Assembly: GCA_000320545.1 (NCBI GenBank)
Contig: ADNK01000423.1
Coordinates: 62,001-126,000 of the forward strand
Source of the DNA: Bigelowiella natans CCMP2755
Lineage: Eukaryota; Protista; Cercozoa
DNA: 64,000 bases
Direction: 5' to 3'
Shown here: positions 1-11,796 of the stretch, piece by piece
Numbering within the stretch: the stretch's first letter is position 1
Layout: each line of letters opens with the position of its first letter
Position numbers and translations under genes: made by a program
Notes under the pieces: generated by a model
The model's input: only the letters and a program-made list of their open reading frames with translations
The model's database searches: none
What the model was told of the DNA's origin: nothing

Positions 1-322
1 CAAATCTTCATTTAAGACCGAAATGCGAGGTCAAAACCATGATTTTTGAGGTCATCGGAGCGCACCTCAGGACGATTTTTCGGACGACTATTGGTTCAGT
101 TTTCACCATCCACAATGCGACTTGAGCGCGACGGTGTTGCATGATGTCAAGTACATGTATAGCTGTTTTCATACATCATGTGTCCGGGGTTCCACAAAGA
201 ATGACCAACAGGACGATGCTGTAACTTTGAGGTGTCAGTCAAAGCAACAACACGACTATCACATCAGATTGGGAGGAGCCACACATGATGCACATTCACT
301 TGACATCTTGCACTGGACCAAG

Positions 323-1467
323 TCATACGCCATCAGCTAATTATTTGGTAAAACACCAACACCAAATAATACCAGCATAAAATTTAAGTACAAAAATAAT
401 AATCGCTAATACAAAGTCGTGTCGTCGCTGCTATTGTGATAACAACCTTTCGAGCACTTGATGAGAATATCAGCCCACTAAGTAATAATCAAATATACCA
501 CGTGAATCATCCGGTGATTATAAGTATGAACCTCTTTTGGTGAATTCACTCACACACCTCAAGACCCCCCTTGCCCTCTCCCCCCTCCACACATATCCAC
601 ACAACTCTCACAAAAACACACACACGCGCGCGCGTGCGCACGCGCGGCGCGACATAATGAGCGGGGGAGGAGGAGGAGGAGGAGGAGGAGGAGGAGGAGG
701 AGGAGGAGGAGGGACCTCTTGAGCATCTGCAGTGGTTTTGGCCTTTATTCGCATCTCACCAATATCCTGATGGGTTGTGAATTGTACGTTGAAAGACAAC
801 AAATGATAGGCTACGAGGGCGAACTTGTGTTATCTTTCTTTGCTCTCTCAAACGCAGTAATGCTGTAGTTTTCCGTGTTTAGTATTATCCATAATAGAAC
901 GTGTATTTCAGGCACACAAGCAAGCAAGCAATTTCGACATTATTTAAGAATGAGTGTGCAGCAGCAGCAGCAGCACATGTATGTTGTCTGTCTTCTTCTA
1001 TCTAGTACGAACCGGCTGTGTGTATCGGCTGTGTGTATGTTGTCTGTCTTCTTCTATCTAGTACGAACCGGCTGATTGATGGGGTTGACGATGATAGTAT
1101 TCTCCTCTACAGCTATACCCACGCTCTCGATCAGCTCAATCGCCTTTATTAGGTTGTATTCATCAAACAAAGTACATAACATATTGTGCACATTTAAGAC
1201 AACATTTGAAGTAAGCAATAAGTCATGCTGTGATAGGGGTAGTAGTTATATGTATATATGTAGAAGGCTAATGTGTTTGAAGACATTTGTTCAGTTCCCA
1301 GCAGCACACAATACTACTACTGCTCCTACTCCTCCTCCTCCTCTTACTACTACTATATAAAATAACAGCACCTTCTCATAAAATACATTTCCAGCCTTTC
1401 GCGATCTAAACCACGCCTATTGGTGCATACGTGAAAAAGCATTCAAGAAGGAAGAAGAAGAAACACA

Positions 1468-1498
<31 letters not shown>

Positions 1499-1818
1499 AG
1501 AATAAATGGCAATACACGACTTTTTTTGAAATGAAGAATCATAACCAACAATTGTTGGTTATTCTATTTGGTCCCTAGCAACTTCCTGATATTGCTACCT
1601 AGTTATCTTCCTTAAATGTATATATAATATCAATACGTATTCGTGATTTATGTTGTTGATCGAGAAAGGTGGTTGTGGAATAATAGTAGTTAGTTAGTTA
1701 CTAAGAGGTATGTCGGTGATGCTGGCTTCTCTTGGATGCGGAAATATCTGATGATGATCATTCAGATTATTTTGTGTTATTGATTCCCCTGTACCCCCTC
1801 GCTCTCTCTCCCCCCCCC

Positions 1819-1855
<37 letters not shown>

Positions 1856-3287
1856 TGTGTGCAATTTGTGTTGTGATGTTGATAGCACTATCATGATCAT
1901 CGTCATCAATCATCATTATATCCTCAGTTGCTACTACTACTTCGTTTACTGCTACTTACTCCTACTCCTACTACCTACTACTACCTTGTAGATTCTTTCA
2001 ATTCGGTCTCTATGCGTAAAAAGCCTTCCTTCAACACATATGGTTCACTGAAACACACACACCATCATAAGCATATATTGAGCCCAAGCCTTTTTTCATA
2101 CTACTATGCCACTTGTTCTTTTTCTGCTTCTGCTGCAGTGTTCTTCAGGAGGTCATAAAAGTAGTAGAGATAGTAGTAGTAGTAGTAGTAGTAGTAGTAC
2201 CTATTATCAGTTTGGTTGGGCAGCTCTTCAACAGTACTTCCTCCTCCTCCCTCCTCCTATATTGATGATGATGATGACAAAAAGCACAATCAGAGCATAG
2301 CATGGATACTGCTACTACTACCACAAAGCACAATCAGAGCATAGCATAGATACTGCTATTACTACCACCGCCACCAGCTGAATGAATGACTTTCTTACCT
2401 TTGTTGCGAACGGTTCGTTACTATTAGACTCCTTCTTTTTCTCGGTGTTGTTAGTGGTAATACCACTGCCAGTATTTGTGTTATTACTATTCCTACTACT
2501 GCTACTAGTAGAATCCTTGGTCTTCTCATCGTTGCAGCCTTTATTTTTCCGTAGTTTGTCTTCGTCACCATCATCATTATCATTATTGAGATCTGTCCTA
2601 TTCTTGCTATCCTCATCATTATCGTCATCATCATCATTTGGTCTCGGTACAGCAACAACATCCCCGGCTGCATCTGCAGTAGATTCTTCAGGGGTCATGG
2701 TTGCTTCATCTCCGCCAATATCATTTTTATCACTTTTAATCGTCCCGGGGGGGGCCATCTTGGCTCGAATTTCGTCAATCGCACGCTGTGCTTTGCTGTC
2801 GCGGCGTGAGTTAGCAGTCTCATCTCCGGTTTGAGTAAGCAAAAAACTTATTTGTGACTGGAGATGATGGTAAAAAACATATATTTTTAGTGTGCTTCCT
2901 GATGTTGAAAAGCTAGAATGACAGTAGATCAAGCTTCTGCATGTTTGATGATGATTTCATAGACACGCACAATTCGTATATGCTTCACCACCACATCATT
3001 CCTATTTACTGCAGTTCATAATCATCAATCAAATACCCGCATAAGTTTATTTTCCTCACGCAAATTTTGAATCTCATTCTCCCGCTTGTTTTCCGTATTA
3101 TTTTATACGACCGAACCACAAATAAATACCCAGTTTTGAAGATGATGATGTCAGTAGTAGGAAGACAATAATGATGATGATGATGAGAATGATGAAGTCA
3201 GAAAAATAACGAAAGTTCAGAAGAGGAAGCAAATGCTGCAACGTTTGTAATCTCTCTCCCCCTTCCCCCCCCCCCCCCCCCCCCCTC

Positions 3288-3324
<37 letters not shown>

Positions 3325-5189
3325 TGTGTGTGGATAATGATAAATATGGCACCTTTTGGCATTTGGAGCGAAGATTTGAGATTTTTGCTGAACACATCTA
3401 CGACGAGGAAAAGAAGGAGGGAAGGAAAGAGAATGGCGATTTAAGAGCACTTCTTCTCTTTCAATTGTTGCATATACATTCTTTACATGAATAGTCAATT
3501 TTAAATTGTATTGCTCTAAATGAATGAAAAAAATGATGATACATGCAGCACCGTTATTTTTTCCATCGTCATCATCATCATCACTATCTCTGGTTCGTTG
3601 CATTTGTACGACACCACGTACCTCAATAGCTGTAGTTAGGCTATCAACTCTAACCTGTAGCTCCCCCATTCTTCTTCTGCACCTGATGATGATGATGATG
3701 ATGATGTTAGTTCTTTCTCTAAACCTTGTATTTTCTCAAATCACCATCTCACCGTCTATAGATTCCTCCTACTTTCACTTACTACTGTTCGCACTACTAC
3801 TACTATATATACTGCTGCTACTTACTACCTTGAGAAGAGCTTTAGAACGCCGTATGCGCTCACGTTTAAATTTATCGAATTTGGCTTGGACTCTGATGGT
3901 GATGATGATGATGATGACTGATTAATCACGATCCTGTTTTGGTAGTAAGTACTACTTTCTAAGTTGATCGCCCGTCAGCACAGGTTGGCCGTAGTACTAT
4001 TTACTACTACTAGTACTACTTTCTAAGTTGATCGCTCGTCAGCACAGGTTGGCCGTTTAGCATGCCTATATCTTCCATACTAGCAGTTGCACTGCTAGTT
4101 TCGGATGATGAGATTGGAGTGTTTCTGCCCATTGGGCTGCCAAACGTGGTTGATGATGCCACGCTCAGATCATCAGATGTCCTCCTGCTATGCTCTTTGA
4201 CTGAAGGTGAAGGAGGCGAGCCTTTTGACATTAATAACAGTTGTAAGATACCTCTCTCTATGTATCACCATCGACTAAAATAGAAACTTAACGTTACCAT
4301 CCTTACTATCCTATCACCATGACCTTTCTATCTATCATCATCAATATTAAAATATCAGCAGCAGCCCTGACATCATTACTATCATTACCACTTGTTGTAG
4401 TGGTTATGGCCTCATCCACACATTCATCATTTGTGGGCTCATGTTAATGCGGCAATTTCTGTTTTCGATAATACCTGCTTTGGGCGGCGGGGGTGTTTTT
4501 GAGCGAATCTTACTTTCCGACGATGTAGCAGGAGTGGGAGGGCGAGGCGGGGGGGCCATTGGTGAGGTAGGAAGCCGCTTTCGCATAACAAAACCCGGAA
4601 CCCCGCTTAGTTCTCTCCCTACCAATCCAGCTCGTACAGCCAACGGGGACTTCTCAACCAGAACCACATATCGCCCACTTTCTAATTTTCTACACAAATA
4701 TGGTAGGTAGAAATACATATTGATTTAAAACTCCTCCATCCATTTGTCTCATTATTCTCTTTACTTAGGAAAATTTATCTATCGTTTACCTAACCACAGT
4801 TGCATCCACATACTGCCCTTTGTAAGACCCTTTGATCAGCTAATTATTGGTCGCACAAAGGAGATGGTGGTTAAGGCTGCTGCCAAAAACGAATTGGTTT
4901 TAACACAAGGACCTGGAGGCCAATCGGGTCTTGGGCTTCATACTGAGCCGGGGTGCCACTAATCATCGCTCGTGTGCTTTACAAATTAATCGTACGCACT
5001 GCAATTGGGTGAAAGTTGTAACGTTGTCCCCCCTCCACACCTTCTTCTAACAAGGAGTAGATCTCTATCTCACGTTGGTGTGGGTGTGCACTGCAGATCT
5101 TTGAGGAAGATAGATTTCAAATTGGTCATCATTCTTTAAGTCTTACGTACAGATTGCCCTGGGTATTCAAAAAATATCATCATCTCCAT
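323..5189 (-). CDS. Multi-exon protein with long low-complexity middle and C-terminal PH-like domain (ends approximate)
   Basis: Hand-spliced terminal exons give EGFLRIETELKESTR-YFRIQEKPASPTYLL-AWFRSRKAGNVFMRR...AIELIESVGIAVEENTIIVNPINQP-DIGEMRIKAKTTADAQE-WADILIKCSK, a PH pattern ending in the typical helix with W. Larger exons lie within ORFs 2318-2932, 4016-4231 and 4404-4718. Start codon uncertain. Confidence 0.6.
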
Positions 5190-5446
5190 GTCTTATGTAC
5201 AGATTGTCGTGGGTATTCATATTACGTCCACTATCATAAGCATGTCGTTACTCTTAAATACAGTCTACATTGTGCATCCAAACTCTGGGAGAAAGATCAG
5301 CCGAAAAGATCCCACCAACCTATCCTCCTCCTCCTCCTCCTCCTCTTCCCTCCGCTTCCTTCCTTCCGTGCTCCTTCCTCCTACTGTGCCACTGCCGAAG
5401 CGCTAAGACATCAAAACCTTCCACGTAATCAGGAAGAAGGGCAGCG

Positions 5447-6658
5447 ATGTGGCTGTTCTTCTTGTGGGTCATCATAATTGCCCTCACCCTCCTCCTCCTC
5501 GTCACCACATCTATACGCGTTCGGAGGCGCAGGGGCGTGGCATTCTTCCATCCGTAATTCTATGACTCACCTGCTGCTGCTGCTGCTGCTGCTGCACATG
5601 TATGCTCCATTTTTATGGCGAAGAAGTAGTCTCTAACATGCATATTATCACATTCCCCCCCTGTTTAATCAAAAGGTATGCAGAGTGTCGAGGTGGCGGA
5701 GAGAGAGTTTTATTTCTCAGCATCCAAGCTGTCCAGGTCAATTCGGTTGTCGTCGGATTCTTTCCCTTTAATTTGATTGTTCTTCTCGTTTCCTCTGCTC
5801 AACAGGAAATGGACCCTAATCTTCCCATTTTTGTATATTGTGGGTGCAAGACGCTCACAGTAAGAACTAACCGACGACAAAGATACTTTAGACCAGATAT
5901 GTGTAAAGTTATTTCCAGCTCCATTCATGTAGTAGCTTCTTCATATCGCTTACTACTGTACCTGGTAAAGAATTACTATCTAATGTCACAACACCTCTTC
6001 CACACTTGATCAGGGAGTAGAAATCCTAGAGGCAGCAAAACAGACATTCAAGATTAACAAGTTTCCTAGACCCGACAACATCCATTTCGTGCAGCAGCCC
6101 TCCCTGAAGAACTTGCGATTCTTGCTAGAACCAAGCACATACCCGAGGCTGACTCTCCTTGGACAGTCCATAGGCTCGATGATAGTGGCAGCCGCAGCAT
6201 TATGGGAAATGCCTGCAGATGTGATAATACTACCGCTGACAAAAGATTTTGTTTTACTTGTTATCACAGAATACTAGCCATTACAGCAGCTGTCCGCTGT
6301 TGCTATTAATGTGTAAATCAGCAGGACTTTTGTCATAACTTCATCGAACATATTCATTTCTCACGCATGCTCAAGCATTTTACTTTTCTCGTTCTCGTTC
6401 CTGTTCTGTGCGCTGTATTGCTTCTTCCTCTTCTCAATATGATTATTAGATATTCATCGATACCACTGGGTTTGCTTTCACATACCCTATAGCTTGGATT
6501 TGCGGGTGGGTGGGAAAGAAAGAAGGAATACACAATAGCAGCAATAGCAGTAGAAATAATTGGTAGCAGTAGTAGTAATTGGGAGACATCATAAGCGTAG
6601 ATCACTTTTGTATAATTGTATGGTTATTCAACTACTCTCTCTCTCTCTCTCTCTCTCT

Positions 6659-6704
<46 letters not shown>

Positions 6705-6759
6705 ACACACACCACACAAAAGCTACACGCTTGTCTAACACCTAGGTGTAGATCATATT

Positions 6760-6802
<43 letters not shown>

Positions 6803-8722
6803 CATACATATTCATTTGTATGCATGGGCGGGTGCTGTTGTCTGATTTTTTCGTGTGTGTCGGTCGGTTGTTCGTTGATGGCCTATTATTATTATTATTA
6901 TTATTATTTATCGAGGTAAGATGCAAAGTGATTTCCTACACGCACTACCCAACTGTGAGCACGGATATGATAACAGTTGTGAAAAGGTACTCAATAATAG
7001 TGCAAATATGGATAATGATGATGATGATGATGATGATGATGGATGAATACATGGTGCTGCCTTCGTAAGTAGTATTTCCATATGTTGCGCAGCAGTGTAA
7101 CTAAAGGAGTAGCAGGCAGTGTGTACCAACTACATAAAAGAGCCCCTCCCTATTCACAACAACATTCAGCTTGGTAACAAGCACGCTATCTTCTCTTCTC
7201 GGAACATAGCGACAACGAGAAGATGACATAATGATCGTTTTCGAACAAATAGTGGCAAAGAGGCTTTTAATAACTCCAAGCTACTAGCAAACATAACACT
7301 ATTCCGGAGATTGAAGGTTACAGCAGCCACGTAGTTTATTACCAGTCTCGAAACCACACAAGCACAGTGGAACTTTCAGATTTTATTGCTAGTTGATGAC
7401 TTATTAAGTCTAGTTAGTAGTGCGGATGTATCCAGACATTCGTCGTCAATATCAAGATATAGTAAGTTGAAAGTGTTAAGCAGCAGCTGTGTTCTTGTTC
7501 CAATTATTATTCCTGATGGTGGTATTACCATACGCAGGTTTGGTACTACAAAGTATTCGCGTGGATATATGGCGTGGTTGGGCAATTCTCTCATTTAGTA
7601 CTGGTCAACTCATCTTGGTAATGATGCGATTGAATCTTGAGATGCTGGTGGTCAATTATACTTGCGTCAATGTCATTCATGAGGAGAATAGTGATGATGA
7701 TGACGATAATGATGGTGATTGTTATGTCCTGTGTGCCTTATAACTATTATATTGCCTTTCGTATTCGTATTATAGGTATCAGTCGTCATGATTAAACCCT
7801 CCTAATTGTGCTATATATAGGACATTGAACCATATTGTTGCTCTCTGGAACGTTCCAGATCGCACCCACATTCTATATCCTCCCGCCGACACCAAATATC
7901 TGCAAAAATTCGCAGTTGATCGGCGAGCTCCTCCTCGTTGTCAACCTTCTTCGTCCTCGTCATCGTCAACAAATTTGGTGATATCTCTAGGGCAATTTAG
8001 GCCTGAGAAGAACCAAGAACTCCAACTCAGAGCATTTGCCCGTTTTCTTCGTAATCATCGTCAGCAGCAGCAGCAGCAGGAGAAAAGACCTCTTGAAGAA
8101 AAAAAAGGAAAACGTATCGATGATAAGAATATTAAGTTGGTGCTGATCGGGGGTTGTCGTAACGAGGATGACCAAAAGCGCGTGAAAAACCTCAAGCACC
8201 TAGCATCAACACTTGGAATTCTTGGTGTTGTTCTTGTTGTGATGATGATTGTGGCGATGGTTGTGATGATGATTGTGATGATGATTGTGATATTTCGCTC
8301 GAGCAAAAATATATTGCATAGATGTACCAGCGTGTGCGTTGTGTGTACATATGTGAAGGATAATAATTTTGTGAGATTATATGTGATTGTAGGATTGATT
8401 TTTATCCCTTCTTTATTCAGATCGCGTAGTTTTTGAGGTTAATGCATCCTTTAAATTGCTAGTTGAATATCTAGCGGCAGCCCATGTGGTAAAGCAGCCC
8501 CCCTACTACAACTTCTTGTTGTTAGTTTGTTTTGTTGTCAACTAGTCTTGCAGTATTGAAGGATGGATGGTAAAAAAATTCCACGATTCTATTATGATTT
8601 TAAGGGTCTGCACACAATGGTGAACGAACATTTTGGAATTGGGGTCGTAGAGTTTATGGCAGGTAATTCTTTCATTGATAATTCTTGATTGTGTGCATTT
8701 GGAGGTTATTGTTGTCGTTGGT

Positions 8723-8759
<37 letters not shown>

Positions 8760-9449
8760 GATGATGATGATATTGACAAATTATTCCGTTTTCCTCGTCA
8801 AATGAATCTCATTACTAATTAGAGGAAAAACAAATCCGTCGATGATAGCAATATTAGAAACTAGCAGGAAGTCAACAGTCCTTAACAGTTTGACGAAAAT
8901 GCAACCATTCCATCTGTCTTCTGGCCAAAACTTTCCTTATCACCGTTGTCGTCATCGTCATTATCGTCATCATCGTCATCATCGTCATCATCATCATCAT
9001 CATCATCATCACTACAATTATTCTGACCATCATGATAGCTGGTGTCATACCTGTTGCACACCGTTCTGGAGGACCTCTGATGGATATTGTCATCAAACAC
9101 AAGGGTCAAGATGTAGGGTAAGTAGAATTCAATATCTCATGATAATGATGATGATAATGATGATGATGATGATGATAATGATAATGATGATGATGCTATC
9201 ATGATGCGATGATGCTACGATGATGATAATTTGTACGTGTGCGTGTATGTGTAATCTGTATTCAGATTTCTCGCAGAAACCGAGGAAGAATATGCTTCTT
9301 GTATTTCAAAAGTACTAAATCTAGAGCCTGCAAAAAGGAGAAAGATATGTGAAATTGGGAGGGATAGAGTTAACCAATTCTCAAATGAAGAGTTTCTCAA
9401 CAGATTCAAGAAACTTAGCAAATCAGTAATATTTCCTGGAAAGAGATGA
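5447..9449 (+). CDS. ALG11: GDP-Man:Man3GlcNAc2-PP-dolichol alpha-1,2-mannosyltransferase (multi-exon)
   Basis: N-terminal TM MWLFFLWVIIIALTLLLLV, then GVAFFHP/YAECRGGGERVLF, YPRLTLLGQSIGS, YTHYPTVSTDM, ILYPP, SLGQFRPEKNQ, LIGGCRNEDD, GLHTMVNEHFGIGVVEFMA/AGVIPVAHRSGGPLMDIV; stop TGA 9447-9449. Confidence 0.93.
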
Positions 9450-9529
9450 CGTGTATTCACGTATTCACTTCCATATTGTCCACATTATCTAGATTATTTA
9501 CATTGGCAATTATTATGAGGCAATGACGT

Positions 9530-10130
9530 TTCATCTCGCATCCATGCATGCATCACCTTGCTAGCTTGGCCGAATCGAAGATAACTCGGTATGTTAACAA
9601 TCTGTAGAACCATAGCATGCATCTATGGCAGGCTAGCAGGGTACGAAGATGTCTAGATGTAGCACCTTCACATAGATGTCGATGCTTACATGATGGCTTG
9701 ACTTTACCCGGAACTCTAGAACTAGAGAACTATGAACTACTCTGACTATAGCTAGAGTTATTGGTGTGCATAGGCGTTGCGCACTTATAATTGCCATGCA
9801 CAACAGAAGACCTCTAGACCTAGCTAGCTAGCTAGTAGAGCCGAACATCACGTGCAGACTCAGCTATCTACAAGATATAGGCTATACAAAGGATGTTTAC
9901 AGTCCGCTATACCACCCAGGCCAGACTACTTGCAAGCTAGAAAATGAGATCTAGACATTGAAAATTGGAAGTTTGTTTTGCAATAACATGGGTTCGTACG
10001 TACTAGAGTACGCCAGACCCTGGCAGATCTAAGGCTAGAGGTGTGAAATGTCACTCTAGCCTAGTAATTGTACTTTCATATAGGCGTCGGCTCGTAGCAT
10101 GCGTATTGACACCAAGCGACGGACAGTACA
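9530..10130. repeat. CTAG/CATG/AGCT-rich degenerate intergenic island between convergent ALG11 and DAD4
   Basis: Dense short palindromes (ctagctagctagctag, tctaga, gcatgc); no microsatellite-intron style and no credible exons. Confidence 0.5.
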
Positions 10131-10240
10131 TGTGATCGAGAGCATACGAAGAGAACTTGATGTTCGGTGCTGTTTTAAACTTCAACATAACCATCGCACA
10201 TTGAGTCAAGCTATTGCAGCCGTGAGATTTTCACTAACCA

Positions 10241-10661
10241 TTACATTGCCTTCGTATTTTTCGCTGCTTGAGCTGTACCTGCAGCGTACGCGTATGACAG
10301 ATTCCTTTCCGCTCCTGAAAAGAAAATTATATATATACATTTATATTTTGTGCTCCGCTCTTCCCTTCTTTTCAAATCTCAGTATCTTGGAAAAATGAAC
10401 AATGAAAACTAGGTCTACAAAATAAAAAATGTTGATGGCATTTGAATGATCTCATGAACATATGTACACTAACCGCGAGGAATTAATGTGGATATTATTC
10501 ATACGAATGTGGATATTATTCATACGAAACCACGAAGCACCCTTCTCAGGAAGTATGATCATGTGTTATGTACACGAAAACTGCAAAGTGTTAACCTGTC
10601 CAAATCGAGCTCACATACTCGATGTTTGCATGACTTTTGTCTAGTTCCTGCAGCGCAAAAT

Positions 10662-10759
<98 letters not shown>

Positions 10760-10931
10760 TTTTGCGCTGCAGAAACTAGACAAAAGTAATGCAAAAATAG
10801 AGGATATAAGCTCCATTTGTACAGGTTAGCGCTTTGTTGTTTTCGTCCAGTTCCGTATTAATAGATGTCATGACTTCGTTCAGCCTATTTAACATTTACA
10901 TATCAAGATTACATCTAAACACACTCACACA

Positions 10932-10984
<53 letters not shown>

Positions 10985-11005
10985 CACGGAGGGAGAAAAA
11001 TAGCG

Positions 11006-11045
<40 letters not shown>

Positions 11046-11394
11046 AGCCAGCAAGGTTTGCTGGTTAGTGGATAATTCGTTTATCGCCCACACCTCTTCA
11101 CGGAAGTTGTTATTCTGCGGATTAGATCCTAACATGTTCATAAATAGAGGATGAGCAACTTGGTGGGAAGGTCCCATCCACCGAAATTAAGTTTAAGTGT
11201 GTTTCATCATCATCATCATCATCATTTTCTTACTACCTTTTGCTGCTTAAAGTGGGGATCTGTGTGAGAATATAATCTATATCAACTCATGAAATAGTAT
11301 AAAGTTTCTATAACAAATGACAATCAATTCAATAAATAAATTTTCCTCTCCGTTCCCCCCCCCCCCCCTCTTATATGTTTAACCGACTTTCCAT
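10241..11394 (-). CDS. DAD4: DASH/Dam1 kinetochore complex subunit Dad4 (6 exons, ~76 aa; the donor of intron 4 is non-canonical)
   Basis: Exons 11394-11388, 11259-11237, 11128-11094, 10884-10845, 10647-10596 and 10314-10241 give MENPHFKQQKDLIRRITTSVKRLNEVMTSINTELDELDKSHANIEYVSSIWTGAERNLSYAYAAGTAQAAKNTKAM*. This matches the Dad4 pattern as I recall it (MENP.E.QQ..LL.RI...V.KLNE....LN..L..IN..N.NVE...QMW.NY.RNV). Confidence 0.75.
10574..10846. repeat. Long inverted repeat (92-nt arms) around a (CA)n(TA)n(TG)n core; the right arm is an inverted copy of DAD4 exon 5 with both splice sites
   Basis: Arms 10574-10665 and 10755-10846 align gap-free with 14 mismatches in 92 (hand count). Confidence 0.92.
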
Positions 11395-11796
11395 GATAAT
11401 TGAGTAATGGCGGGAAGCTGTTGCTGCTCGATGTGCTGGAAAATGCAATTAGCCGACAAAATAAAATATGAAACACTGGGATTTCTCCTGATTTACCCCG
11501 ATATTACTAAGAAATACATCTTTAGAAGGAAAAGTGCATGTAATAAGGTGGCATTTTTGTGGGTTAAGGCCATCCACATGTGATCTATTTAAGACTTAAT
11601 AACTCTGAGAAGCTTGCGCTAAATAATAACTCCCAACACATCTGGTTCTTTGATCAAGATCAACGAACAGAGGAGGAGGACGGAGCAGGAGAAGGAATAG
11701 AAGAAGAACCCATAACCCTACTCACCCCATTCTGTTCGCAATCAAGAAACCAGTGGCAGAGAATATAAGACGTAGAGATCTTGTCAGAGACAATTC

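Noticed and set aside
2281-2363. ~40-nt intronic direct repeat (also 10486-10527, 54425-54498, 58238-58353) as a CRISPR-like or regulatory array
   Set aside because: Only two units, no spacers, eukaryotic intron context: simple local duplications.
10574-10846. Stand-alone pre-miRNA or MITE interpretation of the long hairpin
   Set aside because: One arm is a coding exon of the DAD4 model with splice sites; no target-site duplication; G-U wobbles are equal on both strands (3 each). Small-RNA production is still possible but is not the primary explanation.
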